In this document: positions 17,925-26,805 of the stretch, one piece after another
Numbering within the stretch: position 1 is the stretch's first letter
Layout: each line of letters starts with the position of its first letter
IMG/VR virus record: IMGVR_UViG_2687453534_000001
Origin: a virus
Strand: one strand, 5' to 3'
DNA length: 64,000 bases
Notes under the pieces: model-generated
What the model was told of the DNA's origin: nothing
Database searches by the model: none
Seen by the model: the letters and a program-made list of their open reading frames with translations, nothing else
Position numbers and translations under genes: made by a program

Positions 17925-19571
17925 GTGACGGCGATGAGTGACGAAAACAATGACGAGACGGTAACGCCACCGCCCGAAGACAATGGCGGTCAGGTCATCT
18001 CATTCAAAGAGCGCATGCGCGGATTCCGCGGAAGCGACACCGAGCCACCACCGGCACCACGGCGCGCGACGCCTGTCGAATTCATCGGTGACGATCGCTA
18101 CGGTCGCGCCGCGATGGAAAAGGAGCTGGCGATCCTGGCCGCGACGCCAGAGGGTGCGCGCAACCAACAGCTCAACACCTCCTCATTCAGCCTCGCTGGC
18201 CTGGTGCGCGCCGGAAGGATCGACGAACAGACGGCCATCAACAACCTGGTGAGCACGGCGCGGTCGATCGGCCTGGCCGAAAGCGAGATCATGCCGACGA
18301 TCCGGTCGGCTTTCCGCGGTAGTGACGCCAAGGTCGGTGCGCGGCAGGTGCCCGAACGCGAGGAGATACCAGCGGCGTTCACCATCGACCCGAATGACCC
18401 GCTGAGTGTCCCGGCTGATTCTGCTGATGCGTCGGATGTCGCGGCGGCCGAGATCAGCGACGACGAGGCAGAGCGACTACTGGCGCACCATAGGCGCGTC
18501 CAGCAGTCCGCATACGACCTCCGCGTGTCAGACGAAGGCCGAGCGCTCTACGCGGCCCAGCAGGCGCATGAGCTAGGTCAAACTGCGCCAGATCCGGTGT
18601 CGCTGACCGACTTCTTGAGCATTCCCGATGAGGACGCCGTCTATCGCATCGGTGAGCTGCTCCCGGTTGGTGGCCGCGCGCTACTGGCGGCCCAGTACAA
18701 GGCCGGCAAGACGACGATGATGGCCAACCTGCTGCGCTCGTTGGCCGATGGTGTGTCGTTCCTCGGGAAGTTCCCGACGACTCAGGTTGAGCGGGTCACT
18801 GTGATCGATACCGAGCTAGATGAGCGCATGTTTCGCAGATGGCTACGCGCGCAGGGTATTCAGAACACCGAACGTGTGCAGGTGCTTCCGATGAAAGGCC
18901 ACCTCGCGACGTTCAACATCATCGACCCGAGCACCCGTGCATCCTGGGCGGCCAAGCTACATGGGTCGGACTTCATCATCCTGGACTGCCTACGGCCCTG
19001 TCTGGATGCCCTCGGGCTCTCGGAGGACAAGGACGCCGGTAAGTACCTGGTCGCCTGGGATGCGTTCGTGGCCGAGACCGGAGCCGACGAGTCGATCGTG
19101 GTGCACCACATGGGGCACAGCGCCGAGCGCAGCCGCGGCGATTCCCGGCTGCTCGATTGGCCGGACGTGCTCTGGAAGATCGTGCGGGAGCAGGCCGAGG
19201 AAGGGGAGGACCCGGCAGCCGATGGGGGTAAGCGATTCTTCTCGGCGCACGGGCGAGACGTGGCGGTCGCCGAAGGTTTGCTGGAGTACATCCCGGAGAC
19301 TGGCGGGCTGCTGCTACATGAGGGTGGCCGAGCGGCAACGAAAGCGCGCGACGGGCTGCCGCTGGTGGTGCAGATTCTCTCTGATCCCGAGTTCATCGGC
19401 GGCCTTGGCATGCGAGCGCTGACCGCCAAACTGGGCGAGAGCGGTGTCGGTTTCCATGCCGCGCGCAAGATCATCAAGACCGCGATCGAGGAGTCCGTCA
19501 TTCTCGTCGGTGAGGGTGCCCGTAACGCCAAGGTCATGACATTGAACCCATCTGCGGCGAGGTGGTCATGA
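17925..19571 (+). CDS. Primase C-terminal (PriCT) plus RecA-like NTPase (RepA/DnaB-like replicative helicase)
   Basis: N-terminal ...ATPEGARNQQLNTSSFSLAGLV... (PriCT-like). Walker A AQYKAGKTTMMANL. FIILDC Walker B-like. Confidence 0.8.
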   Translation: MTAMSDENNDETVTPPPEDNGGQVISFKERMRGFRGSDTEPPPAPRRATPVEFIGDDRYGRAAMEKELAILAATPEGARNQQLNTSSFSLAGLVRAGRIDEQTAINNLVSTARSIGLAESEIMPTIRSAFRGSDAKVGARQVPEREEIPAAFTIDPNDPLSVPADSADASDVAAAEISDDEAERLLAHHRRVQQSAYDLRVSDEGRALYAAQQAHELGQTAPDPVSLTDFLSIPDEDAVYRIGELLPVGGRALLAAQYKAGKTTMMANLLRSLADGVSFLGKFPTTQVERVTVIDTELDERMFRRWLRAQGIQNTERVQVLPMKGHLATFNIIDPSTRASWAAKLHGSDFIILDCLRPCLDALGLSEDKDAGKYLVAWDAFVAETGADESIVVHHMGHSAERSRGDSRLLDWPDVLWKIVREQAEEGEDPAADGGKRFFSAHGRDVAVAEGLLEYIPETGGLLLHEGGRAATKARDGLPLVVQILSDPEFIGGLGMRALTAKLGESGVGFHAARKIIKTAIEESVILVGEGARNAKVMTLNPSAARWS

Positions 19572-19589
19572 CGCTGCGGAGATGCTTCG

Positions 19590-19745
19590 ACTGTTTCAGT
19601 GTTTCAGTCAGTGAAACAGTCGAGTTGAAACAGTCAGCACGGTGTGTGACTGGCGACTGTTTCAGAAACCCTAAAGGGTTTCTGAACACAGGTCGCGAAA
19701 CAGTCACCCCGTTCACCGTATGGCTGACCGGCCCGAAACAGTGGA
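19590..19745. repeat. Iteron array (at least 7 copies of GAAACAGT/ACTGTTTC in both orientations) plus palindrome CAGAAACCCTaaAGGGTTTCTG; candidate origin of replication
   Basis: Copies near 19591, 19601, 19613, 19627, 19657, 19697 and 19735, in the non-coding gap immediately downstream of the helicase gene. Confidence 0.6.
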
Positions 19746-19893
19746 TGAAACCCATCCGCGATGTGTTGGGTGGTCTCGCGTTCACGTTGGGTGGCCTCGT
19801 TGTGGCATCCACATCAAGCGCTGGGACATCAATCATCAACCGGCGTGTGATTGAGCGTCGGGAGTCGAAACAACGCTCCAGGGAGGTTCTGGG

Positions 19894-20361
19894 ATGTCTC
19901 ACGCAGTGAACCCGTCGCCAGGTGGCGGACTACCCCCGCCGTTCGTGTCCTTGTTCGTGCCGGGTAAGGCAGCGCCCCAAGGGTCCAAACGTCACGTAGG
20001 CCGCGGCGTGCTGGTGGAAAGCTCCAAGGACCTCAAGCCGTGGCGGTCTGAGGTCGCATACTTCGCTCAGCGAGCGATGTCCGGTCGGCCGATCTACACC
20101 CAGACACCGTTAGCTGTCGAACTCGGTTTCGTCATGCCGCGGCCAACATCGGCGCCCAAAACCAAAACGCCTCCGGCCATCAAACGGCCCGACACCGACA
20201 AACTGGAGCGGGCCATTCTGGACGCTCTGACGCATGTCGTCTATGACGACGATTCGGTGATCATCGATCTGCACGGGCGAAAACGAATCGCCGAGATAGG
20301 CGAGACGCCTGGCGTATCCATCTTCGTCACCCCGGTGGACGAGGCGGGCTGGAAATGGTAG
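19894..20361 (+). CDS. rusA: RusA-like Holliday junction resolvase
   Basis: GGGAGG RBS. VPGKAAPQGSKR...SSKDLKPWR...MPRPTS...KPDTDKLERAILDAL...DDDSVIIDL. Confidence 0.85.
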   Translation: MSHAVNPSPGGGLPPPFVSLFVPGKAAPQGSKRHVGRGVLVESSKDLKPWRSEVAYFAQRAMSGRPIYTQTPLAVELGFVMPRPTSAPKTKTPPAIKRPDTDKLERAILDALTHVVYDDDSVIIDLHGRKRIAEIGETPGVSIFVTPVDEAGWKW

Positions 20362-20501
20362 GCGTGACGTTTGGGGCGCTCCAGCCCGGTCAGTGTGCGC
20401 TCTGCAGCAAGGGTTACTCACTGGGTGCGCGCGTGACGTACCGCAGCCACGACGAAGAGCCAGTGCATGTCATCTGTGCGGAGCTGGCCGATGCCGAGTA
20501 G
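20355..20501 (+). CDS. Small Cys-containing protein (48 aa, CALC...HVIC)
   Basis: ATG overlaps the RusA stop. Its own stop overlaps the next ATG. Confidence 0.4.
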   Translation: MVGVTFGALQPGQCALCSKGYSLGARVTYRSHDEEPVHVICAELADAE

Positions 20502-20745
20502 AGAATTCGAGGCGGCCTACGAGGGTCACTGTTTCGACTGCGGCGAGATGATCGCAGTCGGTCAGCACGTCGTCTATGACGATGACGGCGATCTGGTGCA
20601 TGCCGGGTGCTACAACGATCCAACATCATTCGACCCCAACGGCGATGACGAGGTGCGCTATGTCAAGTTTGTCGAGGTCAAAGAGCGCGACGACCAAAAA
20701 CCATGCGAGGCATGTCATCTAGTCCATGCAGGTGAGTGTTTCTGA
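20491..20745 (+). CDS. Small zinc-ribbon-like protein
   Basis: HCFDCGEMI...HAGCYND. Confidence 0.5.
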   Translation: MPSREFEAAYEGHCFDCGEMIAVGQHVVYDDDGDLVHAGCYNDPTSFDPNGDDEVRYVKFVEVKERDDQKPCEACHLVHAGECF

Positions 20746-21110
20746 TGACCGATCACGACGTACTAGAGGCCCTGGAGTTCACGCCCGATCACGGGCCTTG
20801 TGAGTGCGTCAAATGTGGGCTGAATGAAGACCAGCCTGAGCACGAGGGCCGATGCGGTAAGCCAGCCAAGTATCGCGCCGAGATGCACATGATCGACAAG
20901 TGCAACCAGCCGGGGCTTACCCCAAATGGCGGAACGATCTTCTTCGTCTGTGAGCGCTGCATGCTGATCGGTGAGCGTGTTGCGGCGCGGATAGCCGCGG
21001 CCAATGAGCGGCTGATCAAGGAACGCGACTTCGTGATGATGTGCACCACATGTCAACGACCGCTGAATGATCCGCACAACATCATGGAGGTTGAACCGCT
21101 CGATGAGTGA
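20745..21110 (+). CDS. Cys-rich hypothetical protein
   Basis: CECVKCG...CGK...CERC...CTTCQ. Confidence 0.5.
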   Translation: MTDHDVLEALEFTPDHGPCECVKCGLNEDQPEHEGRCGKPAKYRAEMHMIDKCNQPGLTPNGGTIFFVCERCMLIGERVAARIAAANERLIKERDFVMMCTTCQRPLNDPHNIMEVEPLDE

Positions 21111-22014
21111 GGTACGCCGATGCAAGGCTGGTCGACTGTGCGACGGCTACGAAGTAGTCGCCGGTCAGCGTCGTGCTGCCGAAGTGACCGGCGAGGCTCA
21201 TCTGTGTGAGGCGTGTCAGCTCAAGACGCGAAAACTGATCCGCCGCATGCCCAATGACTGGTGCAAGCTGAAACTGACGATCGGGGAGAAGCGAGCGCGC
21301 GGTCAGGTCGAGGAGATCAGCCGCAGACCCAAACCCGGCTCAAAGGTGCTGATCAACGTGGACACCGCCGAGCTGATGGGTGAGATCGTGGATGTTTGCG
21401 ACCGCTCTACGCGACTGGCACTAGGCAGGGGTGAGCGCAAGCGCTCACGTGGTGATGTAGTGGTTGGCCAGTCATCGGCCGACAGATACGACTTCCAGGT
21501 GGTGCTCAAAGCCGTTGACGTGGTGACCAAGAACATTGACGTGCTGGCGTCCTCGCGAGAGGGAACCATGTTGGCTCTCAAGGTGTTCGACCTCGGTTAT
21601 CGCGTCCGCCGGCATCTCGGCGAGACACTGTACCGAGAGAAGCAACACCTACCGTGCCCCGTGTGCGGCGAGCTAGCGCTAGTCAAGGAGGTGCAGGACA
21701 AACGTCGAAGCGTCAGCTCAGCCAATCAAGAGGAGATCACCCCAGAGGTCATCCGTTGCCTGGCGTGCAACGGTGGACCCAACCAGGACGGCACATGGAC
21801 CGAGGCCGAGTACAAGTGGCTCCAGTCGATGGTTCTCACAGATCAGGAGGAGCACGAGATGCTGAAATGGCTACTTGCGGAGGCGGAATGGCAGCGCGAC
21901 GTATGCGCCTGGCTGGCCGTCGAACGGCAGTGGTACCTAGAGCTGGCGTGCGCCACCACCGGCATGCCGTGGGAGCACTTCCTGACCGCGCTGGAGGGTA
22001 CTGCCGACCGATGA
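21104..22014 (+). CDS. Hypothetical protein with multiple CxxC pairs
   Basis: CEACQ...CPVCGE...CLACNG. Confidence 0.55.
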
Positions 22015-22385
22015 GCACCAACGTCCACGTCTACCGAGAGTCGCGCGAGGTTAGGAACAAGCGCATCGCGATCATCGCGATCGATCTGCTGACGCGAGTG
22101 GTCGCTGGTGACATCGAGGACCCAGCCGCGGCGCTCGCGCGATTCCATCAGGCACGCGTTGATGAGCATGTGTACTGGACGCAGCCAAGCACGATGCCGT
22201 ACGACCCTGATCAGTGGTTGACGGCCAATGAGATGGCCGAGATCGCTGACGTGCTGCCTAGCACGGTTCAGCAATGGAACTACCGCGGTTACATAACAAG
22301 TTCCGAGGCGCATGACGGAACCAAGCTGTACAACGTCGGCGAGGTGAATCGCTACCTCGCACGCAGGCGACCGCGCGAAGCCTGA
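22011..22385 (+). CDS. HTH DNA-binding protein (MerR/excisionase-like)
   Basis: LTANEMAEIADVLPSTVQQWNYRGY. ATGA overlap. Confidence 0.55.
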   Translation: MSTNVHVYRESREVRNKRIAIIAIDLLTRVVAGDIEDPAAALARFHQARVDEHVYWTQPSTMPYDPDQWLTANEMAEIADVLPSTVQQWNYRGYITSSEAHDGTKLYNVGEVNRYLARRRPREA

Positions 22386-22433
22386 TCTATACTGATCAGG
22401 CACCTTTCCGCAAAGGTGTCGTTGTTGTGATGG

Positions 22434-22475
22434 ACGAAGGCCCTCGGACCCCTCCGGGGGCCTTCGTTGTATTTC
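22434..22475 (+). terminator. Rho-independent terminator
   Basis: CGAAGGCCC ... GGGCCTTCG stem followed by TTGTATTTC. Confidence 0.5.
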
Positions 22476-22583
22476 GGGGCGCGCCATCAACTACCGGGCA
22501 ACACAATGTCCACTACACGTCGTATCATGAGCAACTGACAGACCCATCCCAAAATCAGGTCCAGGCCTTCCGTCGGAGGCGAT

Positions 22584-24008
22584 TTGAATCCATCAGTGCT
22601 GATCAATGGGGTCGAGTTCGTACCGTCCGACACGCCGACGCAATCGCATATCGGCGTCGCGATCACGACGCGGAACCGCCCCGAAGTCCTCGCCACAACA
22701 CTTGAGCATGTCCGGCGTTTTACGCCGGGTGCGACGGTGGTTGTCGTTGACGACGCATCCACGCCGCCAGGGGTAGGCATCACCTACCGATTCCCCGAGC
22801 GTGCCGGGGTCGCCGCGGCCAAGAATAAGTGCATAGAGCTGCTGGTCGACGCTGGCTGTACTGAGCTGTTCCTTCTCGATGATGACTGCTACCCGGTCAA
22901 AGAGGGCTGGACCGATCTGTATATCGACAACCCAGAGCCTCACCTGTGCTATCTGTTCAAGACGCTGGACGCGAACGGCAATCCGGTGGGCACTCCTGAG
23001 ACCATCTATGAAGATGGTCGGACGCGCGCGTTCAGTCACCCCATGGGATGCCTGATCTACATGAATCACAGCGTGATTGAGCGCTGCGGCGGCATGCGGA
23101 CCATCTTCGGTGTGTGGGGCCATGAGCACGTCGAGTACAGCCTTCGTGTCAACAACACCGGCTTGACCACCAACGCGTTTCAAGATGCCACGGGCTCGGC
23201 TGAGTTCATCTACTCAATGGATGAGCACTGGCACAAGCATCCCGAATTCAAGCGCAGTGTGAGCGATCGTGAGCGCCAGACGCAGATCGAGCGCAACGAT
23301 CATCTGCTGGCCGAGCTGCGCGAGACAACGCACGGGTTCGTCCCATACCGTCAACTGGGCAATGAAGTCATCACCACCATGTTGACGAAAGTGGTTGATC
23401 CACAGCGTAAGAACGCTTCCAAGTTGGTGTCAGCCGACTTTCAGGCCTGGCGCAAGTCGATCAGAGGTGCGAAGTCGATCATTCTGGCCGACGAACCCTA
23501 TGAGCACGACGGAGGCGCCGGGGCATCTGTGGAGTCGGGTCTGAATCCATACCTCCAGCGCTGGATAGTCTGCTATCGCTATCTGCGCGACCACGAGAGC
23601 GCGTGGGTATGGATGACCGATGGCACCGACGTCGAGATGTTGCGCGAGCCCTGGGGCTTGATGCGTGAGGGCGCGCTGTACGTCGGGTATGAGCCGACCG
23701 TCCTGGACATCCCCTGGATGCGCCAGAACCATCCGCCGTACCAACAGTGGATAGCGGAGAACGGCGGTGCTCAACTGCTCAACGCGGGCGTCGTAGGCGG
23801 CGATCACGCGACGCTGCTGGACTTCACAGCGGGCATGGTGCGCGAGATCTTCCGTGTGGGCCCAAGCAAGGTCAAGGGCGACATGGCGGCATTCAATTAC
23901 GTTGCACGGTCGCCCAAGTGGCGCGAGCGGATCGTTTGGGGCAGTCAATGGCTCACCACATTCAAGGCCAACGAACGCAACGACTGGAGCGTCTGGAAGC
24001 ACAAATGA
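22584..24008 (+). CDS. Family-2 glycosyltransferase (GT-A) with a C-terminal extension
   Basis: TTG start with GGAGG RBS. VVVVDDAS ... LLDDDC (DXD). Confidence 0.75.
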   Translation: MNPSVLINGVEFVPSDTPTQSHIGVAITTRNRPEVLATTLEHVRRFTPGATVVVVDDASTPPGVGITYRFPERAGVAAAKNKCIELLVDAGCTELFLLDDDCYPVKEGWTDLYIDNPEPHLCYLFKTLDANGNPVGTPETIYEDGRTRAFSHPMGCLIYMNHSVIERCGGMRTIFGVWGHEHVEYSLRVNNTGLTTNAFQDATGSAEFIYSMDEHWHKHPEFKRSVSDRERQTQIERNDHLLAELRETTHGFVPYRQLGNEVITTMLTKVVDPQRKNASKLVSADFQAWRKSIRGAKSIILADEPYEHDGGAGASVESGLNPYLQRWIVCYRYLRDHESAWVWMTDGTDVEMLREPWGLMREGALYVGYEPTVLDIPWMRQNHPPYQQWIAENGGAQLLNAGVVGGDHATLLDFTAGMVREIFRVGPSKVKGDMAAFNYVARSPKWRERIVWGSQWLTTFKANERNDWSVWKHK

Positions 24009-24682
24009 TGACACTCGATGAGATCGCACAGAAGCACGGCACTGACAAGTCATCGCTGAATCACAACTACACGGCGATCTATGAGCCACTACTAGAACCG
24101 CTGCGCGACAAGCCGATAACACTGCTGGAGCTAGGCTGGGGTGGTCACGAGGACCCCGACAGCGGCGGTAACAGCGCGCGCACATGGGCCGAGTACTTCA
24201 CCCATCCTGGCGCCGAGATCATCGTGGTCGAGCTGGAGTCCAAAAACGTAAGACCAGAAGACGACGAGCGAATCACCCTCTGGCAGGGCTCGCAGGACGA
24301 TCAGGCGATGATCGATCAGATCGCAGCGGTGTACGGCCCGTTCGATGTGATCATTGATGACGCAAGTCATCTGTCGTCCAAGACGATTCGCTCATTCGAG
24401 CTGCTGTTTCGTCATGTGACACCAGGCGGCATCTACGCCGTGGAGGACACGCACGCGTCCTACCACGAGCACTACTACGGGTCGATGGAAGCCAACGAGG
24501 ACCCCGAGAAGCGCAGACGTGATGGTGAGTTCACCATGATGCAGTTCTTTCAGCGGTTGACCGATGAGGTCAACTACCGCGGGCGCACAGAGCTTGACCT
24601 GTTCCCCTCGCGATACGCCTGGAACGTGCCCGTTGAGTCCATCGCGTTCTACTTCAACATGCTGGTTGCGAAGCGGCGATGA
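24005..24682 (+). CDS. Class I SAM-dependent (O-)methyltransferase
   Basis: ELGWGGHED ... EIIVVE ... DVIIDDASH ... GGIYAVED. ATGATG overlap. Confidence 0.7.
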   Translation: MMTLDEIAQKHGTDKSSLNHNYTAIYEPLLEPLRDKPITLLELGWGGHEDPDSGGNSARTWAEYFTHPGAEIIVVELESKNVRPEDDERITLWQGSQDDQAMIDQIAAVYGPFDVIIDDASHLSSKTIRSFELLFRHVTPGGIYAVEDTHASYHEHYYGSMEANEDPEKRRRDGEFTMMQFFQRLTDEVNYRGRTELDLFPSRYAWNVPVESIAFYFNMLVAKRR

Positions 24683-25392
24683 ACATCCAAATTGGGGTTG
24701 TCGCGCATCAGGATCGAATGCTTCAGGCCGAGGACATGATCGGGGCTGTTGACGCGAACGTGGTCGCGTATGACGACGGCGATCTCGGTTGCGAGGGTAA
24801 CCATCGTCGTGTGTGGTCGATGCTGACCGCGTATGACTCTGACTGGAGTGTCGTACTCGAAGACGACGCGCAGCCCGTCGAAGGCTTTCGCGCACAACTG
24901 GAATCAGCTTTGGCGGTTGCGCCTACACCGATCGTCTCGCTGTATCTGGGCAAGGGGAGACCCGAGTTCGCACAGACCAGCATCCGCACGATCGCTCGCG
25001 CGCTGTCACCAGAGACGCCGGCGGCGCCATGCTGGTTCACTGGCAACGTACTTCTGCACGCAGTGGGTGTAGCCATCCGCACACCGCTGATACGCGGCAT
25101 GCTAGACCATCTAGCCCAGCCGCCCGCGGTTTTCATGGCACAGGACCATGCGATAGAGCACTGGGCAAACACAGCAGGGCACCGCATCGGATACACCTGG
25201 CCAAGCCTGGTGAATCATGCTGACACACCAACGGTTATCGATGAACACCCCGATGGCATACCCCGCGGACCTCGCATAGTGGAGGGGGCCATAGTGGTCA
25301 CCCCACGTAGGGGGTGGCGGGTTGGAACACGCGAGCACTGGTCGAGCGATGAGATCAAGCTGACATTGAGGAGACCTCATGTACATCGCTGA
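24679..25392 (+). CDS. Putative glycosyltransferase (GT25-like)
   Basis: WSVVLEDDAQPVEGFRAQL resembles the GT25 EDD motif. 237 aa. Confidence 0.5.
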   Translation: MNIQIGVVAHQDRMLQAEDMIGAVDANVVAYDDGDLGCEGNHRRVWSMLTAYDSDWSVVLEDDAQPVEGFRAQLESALAVAPTPIVSLYLGKGRPEFAQTSIRTIARALSPETPAAPCWFTGNVLLHAVGVAIRTPLIRGMLDHLAQPPAVFMAQDHAIEHWANTAGHRIGYTWPSLVNHADTPTVIDEHPDGIPRGPRIVEGAIVVTPRRGWRVGTREHWSSDEIKLTLRRPHVHR

Positions 25393-25678
25393 CCCGTATC
25401 CCTCTGCTCATGGTGGATCATCTGATTTCGCAGGTGGTAACAGGCAGAGGGTGCACATCACCGCTGACTACACAGTGCTGGTCGATGGCGTGCAGGTGCC
25501 GGGGTTCATTGCCGAGGATGGGGTGACGGTACACCGAGGTAGTACCGATACCAATACGCTCAACACCTTGACCCTCACACTCCTAGTCTCAGACATAGAG
25601 ATCGATGACGTTGTAGTTGAGGACGTTGCGGTGCTTGAACAGGTCACCGAAGACATCAACGACACATCGCAGGACTGA
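25379..25678 (+). CDS. Hypothetical protein
   Basis: GAGGAG RBS. 99 aa. Acidic C-terminus. Confidence 0.5.
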   Translation: MYIADPYPSAHGGSSDFAGGNRQRVHITADYTVLVDGVQVPGFIAEDGVTVHRGSTDTNTLNTLTLTLLVSDIEIDDVVVEDVAVLEQVTEDINDTSQD

Positions 25679-25679
25679 G

Positions 25680-25988
25680 ATGGTGTGGGCCGGTGACGGT
25701 CGAGGCACTGGGACCAACGTTCCGGCGTCCGTACGCCGCGGTGTGCGCATCAGAGACAACGACGAGTGCCAGTTGCGCTACGACGGATGCACGGGCGTCT
25801 ACGAAGAGCTGGACCACAAAGACGGTGTGACCCAACGGGGTATCGACAGGCGTATGACCCTCACCGTGGATGAACTCCAATGCGCGTGCAGGCCATGCCA
25901 CAAGAAGAAGACCGCCAAGCAAGCGGCTCAAGGTCGTTCCCGCAAGCGATACCGGGACCCAGAACCACACCCAGGACGCAACCGATAG
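25680..25988 (+). CDS. HNH endonuclease
   Basis: ECQLRYDGC...HKDG...CACRPCHKKKT. Lies upstream of the terminase region. Confidence 0.8.
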   Translation: MVWAGDGRGTGTNVPASVRRGVRIRDNDECQLRYDGCTGVYEELDHKDGVTQRGIDRRMTLTVDELQCACRPCHKKKTAKQAAQGRSRKRYRDPEPHPGRNR

Positions 25989-26140
25989 CCCACGCGGGCG
26001 TACAGGGGCTGGGGAGGGGAGCCCCCTGGGGCCCCGGAAATCCCCGGTTGGCATAGGCGCTAAGGCTCCGTACGGGTCTGGCCTTTTTCGGATAAGTCGG
26101 AGCCCCAGGTTCAATCCCGACCGATGCGACGTTTTCAGGT

Positions 26141-26602
26141 CTAGCCGATTGGGACGGCAGAGCATAGTTTCCACTGCGAGTCCTGTTTTTGCATTTCTAC
26201 AACGACAGGATCAGCGGGTACCTTTTCGAATTCACGGGTTGGTTGACCGATTGCGATGGCGCGGTCGCCGTTCGCAACGACCCTGGCTGGGACGAAGAAC
26301 AGCTTGCCGAGTGTTTTGGCTTGGTCGGTGCCTTGCTTGACTTCATCCATGCTTAGCCCGTTGTTTGCCGCGAATCCGCAGAGCATGGTCTGTAGCTTGG
26401 CTGTATCGCCCGCCGTGTAGGTTTCTAAAATCGAATTGATTGCAGTCTCAATCGTTTTAGTCTGAGTATCGTTTTGACCGGTTGCTGGTGCGGGACTTGT
26501 CTGGCCGTGGTCGGAGGCTAAATAGAAACCTCCGGCAGTGATCGCGGCTGCAAGCAGTGCTGTGGCAGCGTGGGTTCCGAGTGTTTTGGCTGACGGTTTC
26601 AC
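26141..26602 (-). CDS. Secreted/membrane-anchored protein (moron gene 3 of 3)
   Basis: N-terminal signal/TM MKPSAKTLGTHAATALLAAAITAGG. GTG start overlapping the upstream stop. Low local GC. Confidence 0.6.
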   Translation of the reverse strand: MKPSAKTLGTHAATALLAAAITAGGFYLASDHGQTSPAPATGQNDTQTKTIETAINSILETYTAGDTAKLQTMLCGFAANNGLSMDEVKQGTDQAKTLGKLFFVPARVVANGDRAIAIGQPTREFEKVPADPVVVEMQKQDSQWKLCSAVPIG

Positions 26603-26793
26603 TTGGTCCCTCTTCTGGGCGCGCGTAGACGAATAAATACGACTGGCCAGATAATGAATACAGCGACGGCCAGTATGGCGACCCCGCCAGCATACGAAAC
26701 CTGTGCCACTGCGGTGGCAGAAGCCAGAAGCGCAACACCAATGAGCACAATATAATACTTATTTAGCTCAGCTATCCGTTCGTGAATTTTCAT
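26599..26793 (-). CDS. Small two-TM membrane protein (moron gene 2 of 3)
   Basis: AAGGTG RBS. Low-GC codons. VLIGVALLASATAVA...ILAVAVFIIWPVVFI. Confidence 0.55.
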   Translation of the reverse strand: MKIHERIAELNKYYIVLIGVALLASATAVAQVSYAGGVAILAVAVFIIWPVVFIRLRAPRRGTK

Positions 26794-26805
26794 TTACGGT
26801 GCACC

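Noticed and set aside
19534-19909. ORF-track ORFs 19562..19909 (+) and 19534..19902 (-) covering the gap after the helicase gene
   Set aside because: The region is dominated by GAAACAGT iterons and a palindrome. The predicted proteins are low-complexity translations of the repeats, with no RBS or coupling. Treated as non-coding ori DNA.
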